Part shown: positions 12,999 to 25,400 of the stretch, piece after piece | Layout of the letters: every line of letters begins with the position of its first letter | How positions within the stretch are numbered: the first letter of the stretch is position 1 | Origin: Hyphochytrium catenoides | Lineage: Eukaryota; Protista; Hyphochytriomycota | Assembly (NCBI GenBank): GCA_900088475.1 | Contig: FLMG01000284.1 | Coordinates: forward strand, 48,951 to 112,950 | DNA: 64,000 nucleotides | Reading direction: 5' to 3' | Notes under the pieces: generated by a model | Databases searched by the model: none | Told to the model about the DNA's origin: nothing | What the model saw: only the letters and a program-made list of their open reading frames with translations | Program-made: the position numbers and the translations under genes

Positions 12999-14176
12999 TG
13001 TCTAGTATTGCACTATTTAGAATCTACAATCAATCATCCTGAATGTACAAGCTTAGAGGTTGTCAAGTCCTCCCCCCTGATCGCTCTCCTCGCTCCTCTA
13101 GCCTTTGAAGCCCTTGAAGGGCTCTAGAACCTGTCTTCCCACTCTTTAGCTCCTGTTGCTGCTGCCATCGACCTTGGCAGCAAGAACGACACGCGCCAAC
13201 CATCAAGATGCAATGCTAGTCAAAGGAGAGGAATGGTGAAGCCAGCGAGCCTAGATCTGAAGAGGTCGTCTAGAAGAGGAGCGCAAGGAGAGGTTTGATG
13301 GACGTGAGAACGACGAGGTCGTACAATCAGACAATCGCGGCAGCAGCAGATATCGTGAGGTTTTGATGGACTGATTGCCTCCATAGACGTCTGCCCAGCG
13401 TGTGGGTGCAGTAAAGCAAAGGACCTCCAGACGCGATGGCTGCTATCTTTGATGTTAGGAGTCGGAGAAAGCAGATTGTTGAACAGCTGGTTGGTCTACT
13501 GTGCATCCGCTGTCATACATTTGAGCCTTGCATACCATTCTATGACTCTTTCCCAAGTAACTCTGTCTTCCTTCTGGATGGCATGCCGAAAACTGAACAT
13601 TCTTGGTCTGACTAGAGTTCCGGAGAAGCGGCCAAGCTGCTGAGTTCGACTCAAGCGGACTGGTGGGAGACGCAGAGCAGCCGAATAGAGCTCTGGCTTC
13701 AGAAAAACCCACTCAAGATTGGAATTCCTGATGACGGCACTGATGAGGTCTCTCGCTCTCTCTTTCTTAGTCTTTAGTCATTGTAGCACACTCTCACTCT
13801 CGGTTTTAGAACTTCGTTGTCGCTTAAGTTGTTTCTTCGTTCCGTCTCATTTTCCTCTTCCTCCTGACGGCCCATCGTCATCTCTCCTCCACGGCTAGAC
13901 TGTCCTTACTCAGATAAAGCGGGGAAATGCACATCCCAGCGCCCGGGTCAAGTGCTGGTTACATATCGGTAAAGTGCAAGAATCAGTCGATGTCCTCATA
14001 AAATTCTCTCCTTCGCATGCCCTTCTGATACTTTTCTGAGGGGAGCCACTTCTCCTCCGTCCTCGCTCTGCTCTTCCTGCGTCGTCTCCTCTTCCTGCCC
14101 TTTCTTCCACATCCCGTTGTGTCCTTCTAAGCCAGTTACCTCATTCCGACTCTAATGCCGTACACAATCTTTAGTC

Positions 14177-16250
14177 ATGGAACTGCAAGGGCTTCCGGGA
14201 GTTTCTTCGGACATTCTAGCGTTCGAACCTCCGGCGCTGCCAGAGGAGACTCAAGACCCAGCTATGGACCCAGCAGAGGGCTCTCAAGGCTCCAATGAAC
14301 CCTCAGAGTAAGTCATATCAGGTCACCAAGCGGACGAGAGATAGGAAATGTTGAGTAGAGGAATCGCCAAGAGTGAGTAAAAGAAGTGCTCTACACGGGA
14401 GAAGAGAGTGGCTTAGAAGTAAGATGAAAAGTGGTTGAGGGCTCTAGAGGGAGATTAGAAGGAAAGCTCATCCCTCTCTTGTCTGTACTGCAGCTTGAAG
14501 CTCGACATCCCCTCAGCCTCCCAAGAGGATGGTCATAGCCTTTCATCTGCTGATACAAAAGACAGCAGCAGCCCATTAAGGGGGCGCCTTCGTCCAAATA
14601 GGAGTCGAAGCGCAGAAAGAGAGGAAAGTGAAAGCATCCCTGAAGGTAAAACGGACAGGAGAAGACCATCGTCCTCTGGGAGTTCCATCAGTGCTCGTGC
14701 GGTGGCGGCAATTGCTGCTGCTACTGCAGCAATCCAAGATCTAGAAAAGACGGGCACCAGAGGCGACACAGATACTGGAGCAGAAAAGGAGGAGGAGAGA
14801 GCAGCATCTGCGACGGAGAACGATGACAGACAGGAGCCACAAGAGCCAGTGAAGAAGAAACCGCTGGCCAGTATGTCAATGATGGAGAGGCAGGCAGAGT
14901 ATCTGAGGCGGAAGCAGGAGAAGATTGACGCGGAGAGAGCAAGATTAGAAGCAGAGAAGGAGAAGGAGCTTACATTCCAGCCGAAGATCAAGAAGTACAC
15001 CAAACCTCAGCACGCTTCCCATGAAGAGTCCAACCAAGGTCTCCAGACAGAGAGCAGCAGCCACAAAGGTAACTTGAAGAGAATGAGCAGCCTCGAACTT
15101 CATAAGAAATGGCAAGCATTCATATCTTGAGCTCGCACCCTCTGTCTCTTGACTCACGCTTTCTCGGATAAGCTGTACTCTTTAATGCCGCGTCTTTCGT
15201 TTCTTCTGTTCTCTCTTCACATCTCTCAATCCCGTAGTCTCTCCTTATGATTGAGGGACGACGATACACTGTGGTGCTCATTCACAGCTAGTCTCCAGCT
15301 CGTAATCTCTCTGGAGCTCGCCTTTCATACTCTAACCTTCCATTTGGGTCCATTCTCAAGCTAAATTTCCTCATCTCTCCGCTTTTGCACGAACACTTTG
15401 AAGGCACAAAAGCTGCAGCCAAGGAGAGCACAAAGAGTGCTAAGAAGGCACCTCTAAGTCGAAAGTCTTCAACAAGTTCTTTGTCATCTGCGCACTCGGC
15501 TGCTTCCTCGGGCCAAATCAGCATCTCGTCGAATCTTCTGGAATCTATCCGCGCGGAGTTGGGGGTAAAGACCGGAAGAGACAGCAAGAGTGTGAAGGAG
15601 GAGGCTGGAGCTTCTTGCCCACCTACAGAGTCTGTCTTCTCGGACGGAATATCTTCTTCCTCATCTGCTCCTCTCTCTTCCCCGACTAGCCCTCGCTCTG
15701 CAGCTCCGAGTGTGAGTGTAGGACAAGGCGCAGATGCCCTCGATGATCTTCCTCCCGAAATCGGTAACGAGACGACCGAAGAGCAAGTCAGCGCCGTGCC
15801 GCCTCCTCAATCGCACAGGGCCCGGTCGAATGACTTCAGCTTTGACGCTAACTCAACAGCTGATAAGGGCCGCTTCCGGATTCGAGACGCTTCTCTCTTT
15901 GCTGTGGACTCAATGTACCGAAAGAAGGACACTCAGGCCGGGTGTGATGGGATCTCTCTCTTGGTGGGGAGGGCAGAGGACACAGGGCGAGAAGAGGTAG
16001 GCAGAAGATTAGAATTTCGGGACGAATGCTCTCTGTGGAGGGCGCCATATTTGCTGACTTCTTGTCGCTTCTGGTGCTTCTCTCTTCGTTCTTTCGCAAT
16101 TCGTCTTACGCCCTCTCTCGCTCGTCCCATTCACATCTTGCTCTCCACAACTTTTGCCTCTAGGTTATCTCAATCTTATTTGATAGAGAAAAGTTTGACG
16201 AGGAGAAGGCGGGAGAATGGTGGCTAATGAACAAGTCACGGTTCCTCTGA
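14177..16250 (+). CDS. Uncharacterised S/E/K-rich protein with coiled coil (EKELTFQPKI motif) and a globular C-terminal domain, 4 exons
   Basis: Exons ~14177-14307, 14494-15068, 15404-15996 and 16164-16250 join in frame through GT-AG introns. The C-terminus reads KGRFRIRDASLFAVDSMYRKK...GISLLVGR...EEVISILFDREKFDEEKAGEWW. Confidence 0.75.
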
Positions 16251-16627
16251 GGGTCGAGCTGTCGTACCCCTCCTGACGATAAAGCGTCCTCTTGGGGCTT
16301 TTGGAGTCCAACAGAGGAAGCAGCGACGTGCAAGCCTATAATCCCTGGTTGCTGTCCCATTGGGCTCTAGAAGCACTTTGTAAGGTGGAAGACAGCCAAA
16401 GTCAATGATACACGATGAGCCAGGGCGTCCCGCCTCAAGTGTCTAAAGCTAATATTCAATGAAATATGGCATTAGCTGTCTTCTTATGGTACAAATGGAC
16501 TCACGTAGATAGTGGCGCCCTTGCTTACAGAAAGAGAGATCTAACTCTCCCGCCCCTCCTCTGTACATCATAGCAGCTTCTCCTCCTTTTTGCTTATCTC
16601 AACACTGGACCAAGGGCCATCCTCTGG

Positions 16628-18436
16628 TCAGTCCCCTATGGTCCCAAGTTCTTCACAAGGTTTGCCATCTAGTCTGGCGCACGCCATGGGCTCGTAGTGG
16701 TCACCTCCCCTCTCCATACCCGTAGATCTCATCAATAGAAACCATGGTGCTCTCCCCTCTACGATGTCCTCATTGCTCTGGGGTGCCATACCGTCCACCA
16801 CCACTCTCCTCGGGCAGTGAGGAAGAAAGAACATTTTACCCCCCCCGACAAGCACCACAAAGATATCCCTCTTATAGGCTGTTGCCAGTGCTTCAAGGGC
16901 AATATCATCTCCCCAAGCTACCCGCCGGTTATCAGGATCATCGTCCACACTAACAAGTCCATTGGCGGAGTAGTGCATAGAGACTAGGAAGTATTCGCTC
17001 TTCCGCCGGCTCTCTCCAGCTCCAACCTTCATATACTCGCAGTAAGTCTCTGCGTTGCTCACTCTATAGCCGTGTGTAGAGTACACTGCCTCTGCAGCAG
17101 CATTCCAGCTGAAGCCTCGCTCCTGAAGAGCTAGAATACGGCTAACAAGCTCATCTCTCCGTTTCTTCAAAGCAATAAAACGTCTCGTTTGCATTGTAGA
17201 GACTCCCCAGCCGCGTGTGAGATCCGGGTGGTAGAGATTCCGGATGGTTGTGTCAATTTTCTGTCTCTCTGGAACAGAGGAGCGGCAGTAGTTCTGCCAG
17301 AATGTCTCCACAGCCAATTCTCTAATTTGGCACGGGCTGGCAGCTTTGCATCCCTCGGCAGCCAGGAGAAGCTGCTCCATAGACAGGAATAGACAATCAC
17401 CTAATACATAATGGACAGTACAGGGTCTTGTGTCTTAGTCAAGGCCTTGGCATCACGTGACAGTATAATCTACTGGCACAGTGGAGGCCCACGAAGAATC
17501 AAGAGGCGTATGCGCAATGGCTGAAAGAGAAAGCTGAGATAGGCTCTGGTGAGGACAACAGACAAACAAACAATACTTTCGAGGAACAGAAGAAGAGTGG
17601 GAGTCGTCTCTAATTACCAAGAGGAGCGACAGGGCATAGGTATTTGACGCCGTAGGTCAAGTTATGTGGCGCATACATCACGCCCTCCGCTTCCAGGCTC
17701 CTCAATAACTCTCGACTGAGGTCGTCAACTTGTGAAACACCTCGCCATCCTATTCCGCGACGGCTGAAGTTCTCAAAGCTCATGCAACCAACCTCTGCGT
17801 CTGAAAGATGTCTGAAGAGATTCTTGATCTCCCGTGTAGACGTTGATATTGTCAGAGGACCCCCAGGCGACTCCATCATCGCAGGCTCCATGCTATCACC
17901 ATCCGGAACCTGCCACCAAAAGTCGGTAAGCAATAATCAGTCCAGGTTAGTAGCCCAGAAGAAAGAGCGCAAGACAGTAGTTTGTGGGCATTGAATGCAG
18001 CGGTGAGAAGGTCCGCATGATACTACGTGAACAAAAGGTGCACAGGAGGCACAACATTTTATTCCCCTCTGTAACTTTCCCAGTCCAGCTCATCGGCGAG
18101 TAAGACGCACGCACCATTTGACGATAACAGCCGTAGGACTCCAGCCTGCTGTCCAAAAATTGCTGCACAGCAGCCACCGCTTCCAGATAACCACCGTGCA
18201 TTGTGACCTCGCAAGAAGCCTCCAGAGGCGACATATCCGTGATTTCCACCGCGGTAGCGGGAGGGACCTGCGCAAAAATCAACAATTATCACCGGATGGG
18301 GAGGTAGGGGTGGAAGTCGCGAAAGATGCTGCTCCCTTACCATGACATAGTCTTCCCCTATGCTGCGCTTCTTTAGGGTGACATAGCCCTTCTCCCCTGC
18401 CTTGTCATTCTCAACAGCGACGACTTCCGAAGCCAT
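16628..18436 (-). CDS. OTU-like cysteine protease / putative deubiquitinase, 4 exons
   Basis: Removing intron 17617-17401 creates PVAPLGDCLFLS (OTU Cys motif, Cys at 17393-17395). The C-terminal part has WGDDIALEALATAYKRDIFVV and GDHYEPM (His at 16697-16699). The start codon is uncertain. Confidence 0.8.
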
Positions 18437-19588
18437 CGCGCAAGATGCAACCCTTCAGCCGGAACGTCGCAGATGCAGAAACAGTACGCCGACTCGTATA
18501 CGAGGCTTATAGCCGTGGTCACCTTGGTAGGTCCGTTGATGCCCAGTGAGTACGGCTTAGGAGAGGAGCAGAACAAAGGAGTAACCCAGCCCCACCACGT
18601 CAATCCATTCCCATCCAACCGCCTGCCACGACTCTATCGTGCGGTCTTCACTTCTGCTCTCAATAAAGCTTCAAAACTCCAAGTGTCTGCAAGCTTCAAC
18701 CTGTTTGTCCCTCATCATCTCTGTCTGCAGAGTGTGCACGAGGAAGAAGGAGAAATAACTTTCTTCATCTCCGACGAGGTCTAAAAACAGACAGTTAGAC
18801 AGAGCATCAGTCGGCGAGACAGATGATGAAAGAGATGCAAAGGAAGACCGATGGAAACCTCAGTAACACTGTTAGAAGCGGGTGGTAGACTACGAGTGAG
18901 AAAGAAAGAGAGAGAGGAGAAAGACAATGAAGAGATATGAGGAGGGTGTGACAAGAACAGGAAAGGGGAGAGGAGGAGGAAGGTGATTTCGCACTTCTTC
19001 ACACTCGTTGACGTATTACTACTGCCTCTCGTACTGCCACACCCAGTGAGGACTAACAGATAAACCTTCCGTTGTCAGAACAAATAATAGTACTTGAGAG
19101 CTAAAACCAATCTTACTACCGCATATCTCAGGATAAAAAGCTAGTCCTAATAAGGCAAATGACCCCCTACTATTACATACCTTTGGCTCCTGGGGGATGC
19201 CCGAGAGACTTCTATCAAATATTCGAAAGAACCTACCTCTTTATCAAGAATTAATCGTAGCAAACGAAACTCCGGAATTGCGCTCGTCAATAATGAAGAA
19301 TTATAAAGGAAACTCTCGCACAGCGGGCATGGAAAGCGGAGTACGGAGCTTCTAGGCTCTGTGGTTAGCGCGTATAGCGGAGCTTCGATCGAATAGAAAA
19401 GCCAAGAATGAGCCTGTCATTGGGCCGTCTGGAAGATCTTCAATGAAGCTTTCTGAGTCTGAAGAATCGTTGGCCATTCCGAAGAAGGAGATCAGGTAAA
19501 GAGAGTCCTGAAGGACTAAGGAGAGCTTACTTTCTATAAGGGAGAGGGCCAAGTCTGGACTCTAGCCCTCTGCAGACGGACAGAGACC

Positions 19589-22013
19589 ATGGCGGACGTT
19601 GATGTGGATACGTTGCTGGAGGCTCCTGTGACTCAGGTAACGCCAACTGTTCTTACTTATCCGATAAAGTGAAGAATAACGCTTGAAACTGCAGAGCAAT
19701 GGCTCTGGGAACACCGAGAATAAAGATCCAGCTCAGGAAGACAAGGATGCTAAATCATCCTCCAAGACTGACAAGGAAAAGGAGGAGAAGAAAGACAGGG
19801 ACAGAGAGCGAGGAAGGTAAGAGCTGTAAGGAGGGAACATATCCTTTCGACGTCTTCTCCATGTCTTGCTTACGATTTCTCTCTATCAATCTAGTCGAAG
19901 GCGGAGTCGGACTCGCAGCAGGGACCGCAAGAGAAGCCGGAGGAGCAGGTAAGAGTGCCAGAGTTTATGGAGGAGCGGTTCATCCTCTCTAAACCCTTTT
20001 GCTTTATAATAGCCGCTCAGGGAGCAGGGACAGAAGAAGAAGAAGTAGAAGTCGTGACAGGTAATCTTATTCTATCTGCGTCGAAAGTGATAAGAAAGCT
20101 TAAGACGCCATCCTCTGTGTTGATCTAGGAGTAGAAGAAGAAGTAGACGCAGCCGCTCGAGGGAAAGAAGACGGAGCCGCAGCAGATCACGAGATCGCCG
20201 AAGGCGGAGCAGAAGTGGCTCAAGGGGCAGATCCAGGTGCGAACACACTTCGAATATGGGAAGAATGACTTTAAGCCATTTACTCGTCTCTTATGCGTAT
20301 CTCTTTCTTGTTTGACGAGCAGTAGACGCACAAGAAAGAGAAGCAGAAGCGCTAGCCGTAGCAAAAGTAAAAGCCGCAGCAGCAGCCCAGTCAAGAGGGA
20401 ACCCAGTACATCTGCAGAGCGGGCACTTCGTGCCAAAGAAAAGGAGCTTGCTGAGCTTACGCGCGACCATCGTACAGTTTTTGTGAGCCAGCTTCAGGTG
20501 AAAGTGAAGGAAAGAGACATTAGGAAGTTCTTTGAGCAGATTGGGCCAGTAGTCAAGGTGACGCTGATAAAGGACAAGTACACCAACAAGTCAAAAGGAT
20601 TCGCCTATGTAGAAATGGCAAACCTAGAGGACATCCCCAAGTGCCTCGTGGTCAATGGGTTGGTTCCTGATTTCCAAGTCTTTCCGCTTGCGGTCAAGGC
20701 CTCTGAGGCAGAGAAGAACTACGCAGCTAAGTTGGAAAATAGTGCCACGACTCATGCTTCTCAGTCAGGAGGTGGCGCGTCAAAGAAAGGAACAGAGACG
20801 AACGCTGCCAGCCGTCTCTATGTGGGCAATCTTCATGTGAATGTAACTGAAGACGTCTTGAAAGAGGTGTTCTCAGCCTTCGGAGAGGTTGTTTCTGTGA
20901 ATGTTAACAAGGACGAGACTGGGCGTTCAAGAGGCTTTGCATTCGTCCAATACGCTAGCGTGGACGATGCGAAGAGCGCGATGACTAAGGCACAAGGTTT
21001 AGAACTCTTTGGAAATCACATTCGTATCGGACCTGTGAATGAAGCCTCAGCAGGAGGAGGAGGAGGAACCACGAGTGGTGCCGCAGGCACAGGCACGTGG
21101 AAGCTTGAAGACGACGAGGGTACAGGACTGCAAATGAATGCCATGAGTAGGACCGCATTAATGGTTAAGTTGGCCGGCGGAGCTGGTAAGGAGTTGGCCC
21201 AGAGTGCTCCAGGAGGAGTGGTACCGGGCCTGATGCCATCCAACAACGCTCCTGCTCCAACTCAGGCAGCTCCTACAGCTGGTGGACCGCCTCCTGTTCA
21301 GGGTGAGGAAAAAAAGAATTTGAGACAGACCCCGCTTGTGTTGCTCGGTTGCTTATCTACTCGTCTTGGTCCTTACTAACCCGTTGCACGCATCTGATCA
21401 CGATACGCCATTCTTTGGTTTAGGTATGCCTTCCCGCTGCTTCGTGGTGATGAATATGTTTGACCCTGCTACTGAGACGGAACCGGACTGGGACATAGAG
21501 ATCAAGGAAGACACTATTGAAGAGTGCTCCAAGTATGGCAAGATAACGCACTGCTACGTGGAGAAGAATTTACCGGTATGTTCATAGAGCTCCTAGGCCT
21601 GATGGAGGTCTAGGTGCAAGCCCCTCCCTCTGTTTCTTCAACAGGCGAAGTTGTTGAACTTTACACTTTCACTTCCGGACATGTTATTGACTTGGGCAGT
21701 GCGTAGTGTCCTCATGGCACTCGATACTGCTGGTGACTTGTTCGACAAACGGTTGCCTTATCTCTGCTTTCAAGGGCTTCGAGCCGTTTCTATCTTATCG
21801 TGTGGCCGTTTGTTGCCGTAGGGGTCATCGCTCACTGGTTGTTATTCTCTGTAGGGTGGCCTAGTATTCCTCCAGTTTGAAATGCAATCTGCAGCGGAAG
21901 CTTGCGCCAATGCCCTCAATGGACGCTGGTTTGCGGGTCGGATGATCACCATCCGGTACATGACCTTAGGAGAATACAGTGCGAAGTTCCCTAATATCAT
22001 TCCTAGGGGATAG
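19589..22013 (+). CDS. RBM39: RBM39/CAPER-like splicing factor (RS domain, 2 RRMs, UHM)
   Basis: N-terminus MADVDVDTLLEAP, then RS-rich small exons. RRM1 RTVFVSQL..KSKGFAYVE, RRM2 RLYVGNLH..RSRGFAFVQY, linker MSRTALMVKLA, and UHM NMFDPATETEPDW...GRWFAGRMI. Confidence 0.95.
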
Positions 22014-22417
22014 GACGGAGCCATTCGTCTTCATCTATCTGACAAATGTATGGTTAATGAGATCTTGGCACGTGGTTACCCTAATCCTTTCGAAGCTCTG
22101 GTGTAGCAACATACCTCTCGTGTGAGGATATCTTAAAGAGCGAAAGAAGATAGTGAATGTAGAGGCGGATAGAGAGGGGTTATAGGGCGCTGTTCCCAAC
22201 TTCTCTTTCTGAAGAGGAGGAAACCTGCCCTACGCGAGCCCGGGTAAATTTTATTAGTTGTGACACGCTGTAGCCCTTTCATGGGTCTACCAAATGTCAA
22301 GAAGAGTTAGTGCTTCCTCATTACTTGTCTATACCATGGCTAATGTCTGGTTCAGAGTCGTGCTGAGCTTTCTCACGAAAGTACACTGCAATGACGGTCA
22401 GGTGAGTAAGTTCCCTT

Positions 22418-25400
22418 CTATTCAAACTCCTCCCCATCTTCTTTCCGTTTAGCGCTTTCTATCAGCCCCGGGGGCCAGAACGGTGCCAGATACTGTGGAG
22501 AAACCCGTTGATCATGCAGGCTTTATATTAGCAGGGTCGTCGGGAGACTGAGCACCATAGAGGAAGACCAAAAAGAGACATATCGACGGGGAACCTAACC
22601 GAAGCAGAGCACGAAGCTACCTGATCTGTGGGGTTGTAGCCGCCAGCTGGCCGACGCTCTCCTTTGTGGTCTACTTTGTAGTGCTCCCTTGCCACTCGAG
22701 CATCTCTAGAGCATACCAGTAGGTCGAGACAGAGATTTATCAAGGCAAGGGCTTCAAAGAGCTGAAAAAAAAGGACCGGAAATCATACGTGAAGGAGAGA
22801 CCACAGCCAGGAAACCTGCAAGTAAAGCGCCGAAGTGAACGGCCTTGACTTTCTTCCACCATCCTGTCTGCAGAAAGCTCAAACCGTGGCGCCGTCTGGG
22901 TCGGAGAAGGAAAAGTTCCGATAAAGGTAAGAACGGATTTGCCCCGTCATCGTGGGTTCTCAGTAAGAGAAAGAATAAATGCCAATCTTGGCGTTCCTAC
23001 CTGGAACTCATACAGAGTTGTGCGCAGCGTCTCCTCTGAGGCATTCGACGGTACCAGGCAAAGTGTATCATCCTGAAATAAAGAAGAGAATTTCCGTCGC
23101 CGTTTCTCTCGCTGCTCATCCTCTTCCTGTTGATTCCTAGCTGAAGTACCGCGGATAAACTGTTGACCGCTCTTGCTGAGAGTGATGCTGCTGCTCCGCG
23201 CTGCAGGAGACGAGAGACCACCGAAGCTCAGTACTAGCTCCACAACCAGCTTACCCTGCCAGAGCTGCCGCCTACCTTCCCGTCCTGCTGCTTGGACCTT
23301 CAAAGCTCTCTTATCCGCTTGGAATGGAGGCCCAATGCTAGCAAAGAGCTGGACTAGGGCAGCAGCAGCGGTGGGGCGCGGAACCATTGCAGCCTGCGAC
23401 GGGAATCCAAGCGTGCGGAAGAGAAGCACGACAAGTAGAAGCATTACAGGTTGAAGGGCTACATGGCAAAAGGGCGATGATGCCTGGACTCAATCCAAGG
23501 CTGATACCAACCTCCACAATCTTCTTGTCCACTGCTGTAAGTAGAAGCTCCTTGGAGGTCAGCTGGCCCGTACGAAGGTCACGAATCTGAAAGCAGGGAA
23601 GAGCAATCGGGTAAGATAACAAAGGAGGATACACATTGTAGAGGAAAGAACAGCAGAGCGATCATCTTGCACAGCCATGTGCGGGTGAAGGGGGCTGCTG
23701 GCAAAATGGAATAAGGTATAGATATCAAAGGTACTTCTCAAGCATAGCTTCCCCAGAACCGCCCCGAACTTCACGGCAAGGCACCGCATAGAAAAATATG
23801 GAAGCGTGACAACACGTAGAGCCATGATGAGTCAAAGTACAAGTGGGTGCCAGAGGAACAGGCTTATATACAGGCCCTTCGTAGTGTGCTCACCAGGTCC
23901 ATCCAATGCTGATACATGATATCTGCATTCCTGAAGACGAACTCGACGAACAGCGCCCGGTCACGAAAGAGCTTGGAATCTTCATCTAGTAGCGAATGAG
24001 CACGAGAAGGAGAGAATGGAATATGACGTCGACACGACAGGGGCATGCGATGAGGACGAAAGGACGCAGTGAGAAGGTGCGAAGTCTGGGGAGAGCCGAA
24101 AGTCAACCAAGGAGAATTATACCTGAGAGGTACGAGAGGATTGTGAGATATTTGAACAGGTTAGCGGACCGCCCACCCAGCGGTCGCTCCCGTGACCTTC
24201 GTGGCGGACTTGCTTCCGAAAGGATCCGTTCAAAACGAACTTTAGGTGGAGCCAGTGCATCCAAACGCCTTTGGTCATCGCTCTGCTCTTTTCCTCCTCT
24301 CTCTTCGCCATGGGGATGAGCAGATGACAACAGCACCGCGGGACCACTGTCTTCATCTTCTTCAACATGCGTCGCAACTTTCTGCTGGTCAAAGAGACTA
24401 CGCACTCTATACAGCGGAAGGCGAAGTAGCCGATGAAGGGGGCGATGAGACAGATCCCTGCAACCCTGCGCTCATGATGTTAGTCTCTCAGATGGAGTAA
24501 GGCCATAGCTTGAAAAGCTAGATTATGCGCAAAAGTATCGTTATCAGTTCCCGGCAACATTGAAGAGGGAACACCTATCCTACTGAGTGATTCTAGACAG
24601 CTTAGGAAAGCTGAAGCAGTCAGCTCCGGCAAAGTCTCTCACAGTCGCTTGTGTTTTCGATAAGAATAATTGCCCTCCTCAGTAGGAAGGCAGAGCACCA
24701 AACCCTGAAGACTTACCGCTTGAAACTCTACGTCCACCTGGTCATCTTCATGTACCTAAGAGTAAGTGTGAGCAGATACTCTTGCGACAGGTTCTTATCT
24801 ACTCCCCCGGTCCAGCGTACGTGAATGAATAGTTACGTTGGCTTTTCTAGCTGCTCCTTCTCCAAGGTCGACTGTCCGACCTTTTCTTCGACATTGCCTT
24901 CTTACCCACCTTCAGAATTCGTCCGCGGCGATAGTAATTTTGGCTTGGCCCTGCCTTTCCTTCATCTCTCCCTACTTCCTGCTTCACTTTTAGATTGACC
25001 TCTACCATCGTGCCCACTGGAAGCAAGGCTTGCGTCATGCTGAGCGTTACAGCTGTGGAGCATTTACATATTGAGACAGTCGTTAAGCGCCACCGTGCGA
25101 CCTTAAACGTTCCGTCTAGCGAGAAGGCGTCGATTGACTAGGAGGGGACAGGAGAGCCTGAAGGGACAGTCTGAAGGACCAGAACAACCGGACGGTGTAC
25201 CTCTAGCAGGAACTGGACTTGCGCATCCGACATCCCTTTCAGCAGTGGGTGCTCCTAAGTTATCTTTTCGCTCATTTCTTCTATTATCCTTCTCTGAAAC
25301 ATGCTCTTCCGAGCCTTCTGGCTGTCCTTCACCCCGTCTGCTCTGTACCTCATCGAATAGAGCAGCTGTAAGGGACCTCGACGACTGGAGACCAGCATCA

